Below, in pieces: positions 35,535 through 43,247 of a stretch of 50,358 bases of DNA. The stretch comes from a virus (taxonomy: Duplodnaviria; Caudoviricetes), in the IMG/VR virus record IMGVR_UViG_3300030106_006546, positions 1 through 50,358 of that record. One strand, 5' to 3'. A program made the translations under genes and the position numbers. Numbering within the stretch: the first letter of the stretch is position 1; each line of letters opens with the position of its first letter. The notes under the pieces were generated by a model, which did no database searches, was not told the origin of the DNA, and worked only from the letters and a program-made list of their open reading frames with translations.

Positions 35535-38015
35535 ATGCCTTTAGAAAAGTTGCCACAAGGATACAGCACCGCGTCGTCCACACAGAAGACGACTGACGAG
35601 GATATTTTAGCTCAACAAAATCGGCCTGATCCCTCCGTGCTTGAGAGAATCATAAACTTGCCAAAAGAGGCGGCGGATCTTGCTTTAGGTAAAGATCAAC
35701 CGATTGAGTTTCCGCAGCTCCCAGAGCTGACTGAAATGGGTACGAACGCGCCTGGTTTTTTTGAAGCGTTTATACCCAATGTCAAAGCTATGCTTACTCG
35801 AGATGACTACGGTAAGGCAGAAATTATTCATCGCACATTCAAAGATGATCCCCGGTATGGCGGTAAATATCGCGATAAGTTTGGACTGCCAATTATTGTG
35901 TGGAACAACGTGCCGTACTATGTGAATAAGCCCGGTTTTTCAACGCAAGACTTGAATACTGTTTTAGGTGAAATGTTGCGTTACACACCAGCCAGCAAAT
36001 TCACTGCCAAAGGGAAAACTCTTTTCGAAACAGGTGTCAGGGGTTTGGGCGCCTATAGTGCAACGGAGGCGGCATCTTTAGCGGGTGAGTTTCTCTTAAC
36101 ACCAGAAACAACAGCAGAAAAAAAACGGACAGCAGGTGATCTTGCAGAGCAAGTTGGTGTTTCGACCGCGATTGGGGTTGGCGCTGATGTGGCACTACCG
36201 CCAGTGGCAAAAGCAATTGGAAAGGGCATTAGAAAAGGCGCAGAGGCGGTGACGCGGACGGGCTCTACGGTGGGCTCTCGATTGGATGCTATATTCCCAC
36301 GTTTTTCTTTTGACGCTGTTTCTGAATCTAAATATCCGCTGACACAGGGACAAAGAACGGCGCCGCCTCCTCAAGGAGTGACACCTCGGCAAACAGAACA
36401 ATTAGGCCGAGAAGATCAATTACGACAAATGGCATCGTCTGACCCAGCAACAATGGTCATACGAGGTTTTGACGACGCACAATTAAACGCAATTCGAAAT
36501 GACGCGCTTAGTCTGCAAGAAGAGTTCGGGGCTGGCACGGTTGCTCCTCAAGGCATTTACGGAAACATCCCCAGTGCCGCTGCTGAAGAAGCGCAAACAT
36601 TAATAACGGGTGCGGCGGAAAAACTCAAAGAAGAGGCAGGAACTTTATATGAATTAGTCAAAGGCTTGGATACGCCACCTGTGATGACACCCCAGGGTGT
36701 TCAACAAGTCGCACAAGAGCTATTGGACACGATTCCTGAAATAATGGCACCAAGCCAGGTTTTAGAGGGTCCGCTTTATCGAGAAATGACACAGCTCCGT
36801 CGTCTCCGGGAACTAGCGAAAAAACCAAAGTTCAAAGATCAGTCCTTAAAAAATTTACACGGCTATCAAAAAAGGTTGCGAGCAGCGATCGGACAAGTGC
36901 AGCCTGGTTCAACAGAAGAGCTTGTGTTGATACAAATGAAAAACAAGCTCGATAACGCAATCTATGAGGGCGTGGAGCGTGGATTTATTATTGGCGACCA
37001 AGAAGCGTTAGATCAATTGCAACAGGCAACGGGCTTGTACGCAGACTACATGAACACTGTCGGAAGAGGTATTGGCAGGACACGACAAGAGAGGGCTGCC
37101 AATACAATCTTAGAGCAACTTTCGAACACTCAATACACCCCCGTGCAAGTGACAAATTTGTTATTCGGGCAAAATAAATTTGCTCCGAATCAGGCCGTGA
37201 GTCTTACGCTAGACAAGCTTCAAAAATCTCTTGAGCCTACAGATTACGAGCAGTTTATAGCCTTGTTGAAAGATGGCATCATGACCAAAGCCTTCGCTGG
37301 TAAAGGCGGTGAGGTCACACGCAAATCAATCGTGGAAAATTACAATGACGTGTTTGTAAAAAACAGGCGCATCATTGAAAAAATATTTACGCCTGACGAA
37401 CTTGCAAAAATCAAGGAGTTCCGTGCTAACGTCTTACCGACCTTGTGGGCGGAAATCAAACTTAACCCTTCTGCTAGTGGTTACACTTTGATGAGTGCAG
37501 CCATGCGGCTTGGGATGCTTTATTCTCCCAGCGTCATGGGCAGAGCTGCGTTAGCAAAAGGTTTGGACATTGCAGAAAGCACAAAAGCACGGGAAGATGC
37601 TTTTGGAGCGGTAAGCCAAACCTTACAGCGAATGCAAACACCGATGCTCTCTAATGCTGCTCAAGGGGCCATAAGAGCTACTCTTTTTTCACAAGAAGAG
37701 GCGGATAAAGCACCCTCAGAAGGACGAGAAAGAGATCGTTTATTAGAGACCATTGAAAAGCTTGATTTCGAACCAGGAAGCCCCCCACTTACGACTGAGG
37801 ATGTAAGCCCGGCACCGCCTATACCAGAGCCGACGCCCGTATCAATGTTAGAGCGACAGCCATTATTCGATCCCCTCCCAGGCACTGACACCACACCATT
37901 GACGGCGGGATTTGATCCCTCGCAATCGGCGATTGTTTTGCCTCGAGCAGACGATAGAGAGTTGGCGGGTAGGTTACGTGGTCCGCTAGGCGGGATCGCT
38001 TCCCTCGCTGGGTAG
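35535..38015 (+). CDS. Putative large internal virion/ejection protein
   Basis: 826 aa, helical; ends GGIASLAG. Confidence 0.65.
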   Translation: MPLEKLPQGYSTASSTQKTTDEDILAQQNRPDPSVLERIINLPKEAADLALGKDQPIEFPQLPELTEMGTNAPGFFEAFIPNVKAMLTRDDYGKAEIIHRTFKDDPRYGGKYRDKFGLPIIVWNNVPYYVNKPGFSTQDLNTVLGEMLRYTPASKFTAKGKTLFETGVRGLGAYSATEAASLAGEFLLTPETTAEKKRTAGDLAEQVGVSTAIGVGADVALPPVAKAIGKGIRKGAEAVTRTGSTVGSRLDAIFPRFSFDAVSESKYPLTQGQRTAPPPQGVTPRQTEQLGREDQLRQMASSDPATMVIRGFDDAQLNAIRNDALSLQEEFGAGTVAPQGIYGNIPSAAAEEAQTLITGAAEKLKEEAGTLYELVKGLDTPPVMTPQGVQQVAQELLDTIPEIMAPSQVLEGPLYREMTQLRRLRELAKKPKFKDQSLKNLHGYQKRLRAAIGQVQPGSTEELVLIQMKNKLDNAIYEGVERGFIIGDQEALDQLQQATGLYADYMNTVGRGIGRTRQERAANTILEQLSNTQYTPVQVTNLLFGQNKFAPNQAVSLTLDKLQKSLEPTDYEQFIALLKDGIMTKAFAGKGGEVTRKSIVENYNDVFVKNRRIIEKIFTPDELAKIKEFRANVLPTLWAEIKLNPSASGYTLMSAAMRLGMLYSPSVMGRAALAKGLDIAESTKAREDAFGAVSQTLQRMQTPMLSNAAQGAIRATLFSQEEADKAPSEGRERDRLLETIEKLDFEPGSPPLTTEDVSPAPPIPEPTPVSMLERQPLFDPLPGTDTTPLTAGFDPSQSAIVLPRADDRELAGRLRGPLGGIASLAG

Positions 38016-38258
38016 CAACTCCACATCGGAAGGGGTTGCTATGATCATGGCACCTTTAACGTCCCAGTCGAAGTCGTAGCCCATATGAAGCTCCCCGTCC
38101 ACTTGCATCATGAGGTTACGGCTACACAGACGCAACAGTGCGGCTTGTTGATGCAAAGTCATACGGCTGAAAAGATCAATGACTTCGACCGCATCGGCGA
38201 CTGGGCGATAAGATTGTGGCACGCCATCACGCGCCGTTTTACGTTTGAACAGACTCAT
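37986..38258 (-). CDS. Hypothetical protein
   Basis: 90 aa, coupled to the upstream gene. Confidence 0.6.
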   Translation of the reverse strand: MSLFKRKTARDGVPQSYRPVADAVEVIDLFSRMTLHQQAALLRLCSRNLMMQVDGELHMGYDFDWDVKGAMIIATPSDVELLPSEGSDPA

Positions 38259-38464
38259 CAGTAGCGCTCGTCTGGGAACAGCTCGTCGTAGCGATCCTCA
38301 ATCAAGAGCTGAAGCTGCATGATCAATGTGCGACGCTCTTTGGCACAGATTTCTCTGAGCTTCCAATATGTCTTGTCATCGATCGCTAACGACTTGCGCT
38401 TACGGTCGTCACGTTCAATCGTATCCGCCTCAGCGGTATCTTCTTCATACACTGGTTTCACCAT
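38258..38464 (-). CDS. Putative ribbon-helix-helix (Arc/CopG-like) regulator
   Basis: RKSLAIDDKTYWKLREICAKERRTLIMQLQLLI strand-helix-helix pattern; likely ATG at 38464 after GAGGA. Confidence 0.6.
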   Translation of the reverse strand: MVKPVYEEDTAEADTIERDDRKRKSLAIDDKTYWKLREICAKERRTLIMQLQLLIEDRYDELFPDERY

Positions 38465-38518
38465 CTGCAATCCTCGAAAAGATTGATTGATTCTACAATG
38501 GTGCATAAAATAACACAA

Positions 38519-39232
38519 ATGTATGAAATGAAGAACTACATGCTGTCCATGCAGTCGCACTGGTTTATCAACCAACCGCTGTACAAAGCAGTACAAGAGA
38601 CGGTGCCGATGATCGCGGAATACAAAACCCGGGAAGGTGTGGACCGCCTAGCGAAGACGCCTGTCTCGGCACTTTGTAAGCGCATCTACCCCGACGTGTA
38701 TCGAGTGCCATTGTTCCGCAGACAGTTCTGTAAGATGCTGGTTGAAGAGATCGATCACATGAGGGCCGAGGGTCTATTTACACCTAACCCCGATGAAGAT
38801 GAGCTGAGACAGATCCCTGAGGTGGTGTTGCAACAAGAGGTGCCAGAGCTCTATCGCAACATGTGGTTTGTGGTCCAGAACGTGTTGAACCCCATTTTCA
38901 ACGTGCTGTATCAACGAGACTGCAAAGATGTCAATTCGATTCAGCTCGCAAACTATAACCCGCGGGACAAACAGAAAGGCGCCTGGCATCACGATGAGAG
39001 TGCCGATATCAGCGTAGTTGTGCCGCTTAATACAGATGGATATAAAGGTGGTGGCACAGAGTTTCACAACCACGGTGTGTTGAACCCGCTGCCTAGCGGC
39101 CACGCTTTGATCTTCCCATCTTTCACTAATCTGCATCGCGGTCTTGCAGTAGACTCGGGTGATCGATACTTGCTGGTGTTTTGGCTGATGGATAAAAAAC
39201 GCTTGATCGAACGATATGACAGCTTGCGATGA
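38519..39232 (+). CDS. 2OG-Fe(II) oxygenase, lysyl/prolyl hydroxylase-like
   Basis: HHD...GGGTEF...LHRG...GDRY triad; PDVYRVPLF N-terminal motif. Start codon uncertain. Confidence 0.88.
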   Translation: MYEMKNYMLSMQSHWFINQPLYKAVQETVPMIAEYKTREGVDRLAKTPVSALCKRIYPDVYRVPLFRRQFCKMLVEEIDHMRAEGLFTPNPDEDELRQIPEVVLQQEVPELYRNMWFVVQNVLNPIFNVLYQRDCKDVNSIQLANYNPRDKQKGAWHHDESADISVVVPLNTDGYKGGGTEFHNHGVLNPLPSGHALIFPSFTNLHRGLAVDSGDRYLLVFWLMDKKRLIERYDSLR

Positions 39233-39294
39233 TTTGCTGAAGAGCGCATGATCATCTCTTATCGAGTGCATAGCTTCCGCACTCTTTAACCATT

Positions 39295-39321
39295 GGGCTC
39301 CTTTTGGAGCCCTTTTTTTTT
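39295..39321 (+). terminator. Rho-independent terminator
   Basis: GGGCTCC-TTTT-GGAGCCC followed by a T9 run. Confidence 0.85.
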
Positions 39322-39361
39322 GCATTTTTTTCTACTTTTTTACATTTATTTGCATAAAAGT

Positions 39362-39395
39362 GTATACAACGACACGGGATTATGAGACTATATAC
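39362..39395 (+). promoter_or_regulatory. Putative early promoter with phage motif (GTATACAACGACACGGGA)
   Basis: Follows an AT-rich UP-like tract; shares the ACAWCGACACGG core. Confidence 0.55.
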
Positions 39396-39532
39396 ATGTC
39401 GGCGAGGGACGCATCAGACAGACCGACAGCCAGCGGGCAAAGCACTGACAACCGAGAGGCTCAGGGAATCACGACTTACTAGAGTGCACTCAATTCCGAG
39501 TGCGCTGCACTAAGTCAACGAGGAGACAAACA

Positions 39533-39877
39533 ATGAAATTTCGTACTGATTTTGTTTTTGAAGAAGCAACTAGCGTCAATCAGATGAAGAACCTGAAAGA
39601 AGCTGTGCTATTTGACGCCTTCAATCCTAACGGTCTGGTTGCTCGCAAGCGAAAAAACGACGCAGTAATTGCTCAATTGATTGATGACGGTGTTGTGCCT
39701 CAAGGCTGGTTTTTGGCTTATGGCTCTTACGCTGATCATTATGTTGAAAATATGCACAAGCTCGCCAAAAAGAAGCGAGTCAGCGGCAGAGAGCAACGAT
39801 TTGCGCGAAAGTTTTTACTTCGAGACATTGAAAATGTTGAAGCAAAAATTGCCGAGGTTGCAACACAGGCCGCGTAA
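39533..39877 (+). CDS. Hypothetical early protein (114 aa)
   Basis: ATG at 39533 after GAGGAG. Confidence 0.75.
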   Translation: MKFRTDFVFEEATSVNQMKNLKEAVLFDAFNPNGLVARKRKNDAVIAQLIDDGVVPQGWFLAYGSYADHYVENMHKLAKKKRVSGREQRFARKFLLRDIENVEAKIAEVATQAA

Positions 39878-39887
39878 GCGGCCCTAC

Positions 39888-39943
39888 CTTGACTGATGAG
39901 CCTGGTTGGTTACCAGGCGAAACGCTCTTCGGAGCGTCTCAAG
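39888..39943 (+). ncRNA. Hammerhead ribozyme (type I)
   Basis: Stem I CTTGA/TCAAG; CTGATGA core; stem II GCCTGG/CCAGGC; GAAA; stem III ACGCTC-TTCG-GAGCGT; GTC cleavage triplet at 39936-39938. Confidence 0.93.
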
Positions 39944-39971
39944 AAACCAACAACTGACCTAGGAGGTCACC

Positions 39972-40181
39972 ATGAAAACAACTTTCAACGGCTATCGAAT
40001 CACCATGTTGGCGGATGATCCTGCTGTCCGCCGTGTTGACCGGGAGGCACTTAAAAGTGCTGGTCTCGAGCGACGCTCATTTCAAAGTGAGCTGGAGGCA
40101 CAACTTGAGCTTCACATGAGTGACTTGGACGAGTCACGTTTTTACGTGTCCAAGACTTGGGCGGTGTCAGGGGTGCTTTGA
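39972..40181 (+). CDS. Hypothetical early protein
   Basis: 69 aa; AGGAGG RBS; flanked by the two hammerheads. Confidence 0.75.
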   Translation: MKTTFNGYRITMLADDPAVRRVDREALKSAGLERRSFQSELEAQLELHMSDLDESRFYVSKTWAVSGVL

Positions 40182-40192
40182 ACCGTCTTTGA

Positions 40193-40246
40193 ACCCACTG
40201 ATGAGCTGATGAGATTTCAGCGAAACGCCCACAGGGGCGTCTGGGT
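40193..40246 (+). ncRNA. Hammerhead ribozyme (type I)
   Basis: Stem I ACCCA/TGGGT; CTGATGA; stem II GCTGA/TCAGC; GAAA; stem III ACGCCC-ACAG-GGGCGT; GTC at 40239-40241. Confidence 0.93.
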
Positions 40247-40269
40247 ACATCAATTTAAGGAGACAAAAC

Positions 40270-40503
40270 ATGAATAGCACAGATCGTTATTGGAGAATGT
40301 GGTGGTCAAGCGGCGCCACCAAGCCCAGCTTCATCTACTCTGAAAAAGACCTGCGAATCGCCGCAAAAAAGTACAACTTTGATGCGGACACGGTCTTGAA
40401 TTATGGCGAGGACTACATGTGGGATGATGGGGTAACACCAAACAGTGAACCGTCAGACGATGAGATTTGGGGTGGTGTCATCGAAGAGCATGACGACAAG
40501 TGA
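40270..40503 (+). CDS. Hypothetical early protein, acidic C-terminus
   Basis: 77 aa; AAGGAG RBS. Confidence 0.75.
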   Translation: MNSTDRYWRMWWSSGATKPSFIYSEKDLRIAAKKYNFDADTVLNYGEDYMWDDGVTPNSEPSDDEIWGGVIEEHDDK

Positions 40504-40505
40504 TA

Positions 40506-40531
40506 GGGGAGCTACGGCTCCCTCTTTTTTT
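40506..40531 (+). terminator. Rho-independent terminator between convergent units
   Basis: GGGAGC-TACG-GCTCCC followed by TCTTTTTTT. Confidence 0.75.
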
Positions 40532-40718
40532 GTTTCTTCATCCTCTCAACGTACTCCAAGTACGGCTCCCCATACTTCTTCTCAAACCAGATCGCCCATG
40601 AGTATTTGCCGCTTGGCACCGTAGCACGACGCTTGTGCCATATCGCACGGGCGGCATGATACTTGATCTGCTCTGCCCATTCCCGCTCGTCTTCAGGTGA
40701 GGTCTGCAAGCCCATCAT
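40512..40718 (-). CDS. Hypothetical protein
   Basis: 68 aa; AGGA RBS. Confidence 0.6.
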   Translation of the reverse strand: MMGLQTSPEDEREWAEQIKYHAARAIWHKRRATVPSGKYSWAIWFEKKYGEPYLEYVERMKKQKKREP

Positions 40719-40759
40719 TCAATCCTATTTCCGTTTTGGGTAATCGTCGAACCCTTTTA

Positions 40760-41395
40760 TCAAAATAATGTATGCTGTCTTGTAGATTCGTAAATCCGTT
40801 CACACGCCATATAAAAATACTGCTCTTCTCGTTCTATACCGATAAATGATTTTTTGTTTTCTATACAAGCCACGCCCGTTGTACCGCTCCCCATAAAGGG
40901 ATCAACCACTAAGTCAACGTCAGAAGGTAGCTGGCGTAAACAAAAGCTCATAACACCAACGGGCTTCTGTGTTGGGTGCGTCCTAGGAATATGCTTCTCC
41001 ATCCTAATCATTCCGTTCCACAAGTAATCAATCTTGCGTACAGACTTGTTGAGATTAGTCCATGCCAGCTCACAGTCAGCGAAATCGCCGCTGTTTAACT
41101 TGTTCCATACTAGCCAGCACTTTGTCGGCGGCAGGGGATAGTAGTTTCCGCCAAAAATCACCTGGTATTTAGCCAAAGATCGCGCAAGGGCAATAGCCTC
41201 ACCTGCTATCTCGTCATCCCAGCCTAGGTTATCGTGAACGGCTGGAATGCCTTTACGCCTAGGACGCTTATCACCTCGCGTCTCCCCTATGCCATATGGC
41301 GGATCAGTAACTAGGGCATCAAAATGGCCTATGGTTGGTAATATATCTACACAGTCGCCTAGATATAGAGTGGCGCTATCGATGATTTCTTTCAT
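40760..41395 (-). CDS. DNA methyltransferase (N6-A/N4-C, beta class)
   Basis: TDPPY, HPTQKP and DPFMGSGTTG motifs. Confidence 0.93.
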   Translation of the reverse strand: MKEIIDSATLYLGDCVDILPTIGHFDALVTDPPYGIGETRGDKRPRRKGIPAVHDNLGWDDEIAGEAIALARSLAKYQVIFGGNYYPLPPTKCWLVWNKLNSGDFADCELAWTNLNKSVRKIDYLWNGMIRMEKHIPRTHPTQKPVGVMSFCLRQLPSDVDLVVDPFMGSGTTGVACIENKKSFIGIEREEQYFYMACERIYESTRQHTLF

Positions 41396-41451
41396 GTCTT
41401 AGCGCCCTAACGCCATCAATTTTGAAAAAAATCAAAAGACTGTAACATCGG

Positions 41452-42225
41452 CTACCACAAATCATTGATATCGAACTCAGTGACTCCCTCGACATTAAAA
41501 GGTCGATAGATTCCCGCCTCCACACATGCCAACCCTACCGCTAACGCTTGCTCGTTTTGAGCATCACCATACGCAATCGCCTCCTCTGACAACGTATAGA
41601 CGGCGAAGGGGTACGGGTGTGTTTTCTCCTGCGCTAAGAAGTAGAACCGCTCCGTGGGCAAACCGACCGCCCTACACCCTGCCAAGTAGAATGCCGCTTG
41701 TTGGTGGTATCGGAAGGTGTTGATCGCGCCACGGAAGCCACGGGGTGAGGCGTCCCGGCAGGTTTTGAGATCCCAGATGTCGGACCCGGTGTGCCAGTCG
41801 AGCTTCCCTTTACATTGTTGATTGTTCCACATGAAACAAATCGTCAGCTCTACGTGGTGATCAGGCTGGGGAATATGGTCGCGCACAACCTCTCGTCGCT
41901 CCATGCATAAATCGTACAGGTCTTGCTTGACGGGTGTGCGATCACCCACAGTCTCAAGCCACTCAGCGTACTCTGCCTTACCAGCCTTGGTGCGCCGATC
42001 GACGACTGGCTCAATGGCGTACTCATCGAAAAACTTGTGATGCTCCAAGAACACGGAGTGCTGCACACGGCCCTCGAGGAGCGCAGGGGTCTCTTTGAAC
42101 ACGCCGTGCTTCCAAGTGTAAGGACACTTGGCGAGCGATGTCAGGTCATGACTACGCCACGCAGGGATCGATTCATAGGTGGGGTAGTCCAGGTTCTCGT
42201 AAATGCCCGGTTTGAAGTCCATCAT
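41452..42225 (-). CDS. RecE/exonuclease VIII-like PD-(D/E)xK nuclease
   Basis: KGKLDW...WDLKT...YHQQAAFY...AQEK. Confidence 0.85.
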   Translation of the reverse strand: MMDFKPGIYENLDYPTYESIPAWRSHDLTSLAKCPYTWKHGVFKETPALLEGRVQHSVFLEHHKFFDEYAIEPVVDRRTKAGKAEYAEWLETVGDRTPVKQDLYDLCMERREVVRDHIPQPDHHVELTICFMWNNQQCKGKLDWHTGSDIWDLKTCRDASPRGFRGAINTFRYHQQAAFYLAGCRAVGLPTERFYFLAQEKTHPYPFAVYTLSEEAIAYGDAQNEQALAVGLACVEAGIYRPFNVEGVTEFDINDLW

Positions 42226-42482
42226 TTTTTCTTCTTTTTACGTGGGTCATCACCCATGCTGAAACGCAAGTACCAGATGCTCTTTGCCTTGTCTTGATTG
42301 GCATCGCCCTTTTTGCCCGCGCGCCAGACGTATTTGAAGCTTGCAATCTCCGCATACTCTCGAACGCGCTTGAGGCCGTAGGCCGATATCATGGCATCGA
42401 TACACTCCACCTCCCCCGACGCATAATGGGAAGGTGAGTTGATCATGTCGTTGTTCTCGACGGGGGGTTTTTTGGTCATCAT
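42222..42482 (-). CDS. DUF3310-type protein
   Basis: INSPSHY...ECIDAM...KYVWRAGKK...KSIWYL. Confidence 0.85.
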   Translation of the reverse strand: MMTKKPPVENNDMINSPSHYASGEVECIDAMISAYGLKRVREYAEIASFKYVWRAGKKGDANQDKAKSIWYLRFSMGDDPRKKKKK

Positions 42483-42485
42483 AAT

Positions 42486-43172
42486 TTAAAACGGGATGTC
42501 ATCTTCTTCGAAGGGGTCAGCCTCTTCTGGCTCACTCACCACTACCTTATCGCCGCCTTTTGCCTTGGCTGCTTGCACTTCGAAGCATGCAGGTACAGGC
42601 TCTTTACCCACCTCATCGCAACCTGCGATTTGCCATTTCATAAACGCGGGCAGCTCATCGAGGATGTCACACATCGCTTTGCTTTCGGCCGTTGATTCGC
42701 CTGTCCATTCTTTACAATATTCATCCAGGTCGAAAATGACGGCCTTATTTTCTGTCTCGACACGCTTGGGTCCGCCATCGGCGCAAAACACACCTGTGAC
42801 TTTATCGCGTCCACCACTGGTGAGTCCAACCGACACCTTGCAGGTCACACCCAAAATTTTGGTGATGTCAAAGCCCTCGAGCTCTTTGTCGGTGAAGGGT
42901 TTGTTCCGCCAGTTCTGCAAAATGTTTCGCAACGCGGCCCGCTCATGAAGGCTCAACGTGTATTTATGTGAGATGGACATGGGGCGATCGTCATCCATCC
43001 TCAGTTCGGGCAGCTCCCAAAACAACCAGACGCTATGCTGTTTTTTCAGCTCCCCTTGAAACTCATTCATGGTTGTACCCGCATCGACGATTTTGTAACA
43101 GATCGCGTTGTGCGTTCCCTGTGGGACTTGCTGGTAATCACCCGCCCCGGTGTCTGCTGCGACGATTGGCAT
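42486..43172 (-). CDS. Putative ssDNA-binding / replication protein
   Basis: PQGTHNAICYKIVDAGT...YTLSLHERA; acidic EEDDIPF SSB-type tail; ATG at 43172 after AGGAG. Confidence 0.7.
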   Translation of the reverse strand: MPIVAADTGAGDYQQVPQGTHNAICYKIVDAGTTMNEFQGELKKQHSVWLFWELPELRMDDDRPMSISHKYTLSLHERAALRNILQNWRNKPFTDKELEGFDITKILGVTCKVSVGLTSGGRDKVTGVFCADGGPKRVETENKAVIFDLDEYCKEWTGESTAESKAMCDILDELPAFMKWQIAGCDEVGKEPVPACFEVQAAKAKGGDKVVVSEPEEADPFEEDDIPF

Positions 43173-43247
43173 CAAATTGCTCCTTGTGTAAATGTAAAAA
43201 TTTGCAGTAGTATGCACAGCTCTACACTTCTCGTAAAGGAAAAATTG

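Noticed and set aside
11613-38015. Numerous antisense and alternate-frame ORFs in the track
   Set aside because: They are shadows of long, tightly coupled plus-strand genes and show no RBS or recognisable motifs; the exception is 19748-20053.
39401-39470. c-di-GMP-I riboswitch (GGCAAA and GGGACGCA words)
   Set aside because: The words are in the wrong order and the expected stems are not formed.
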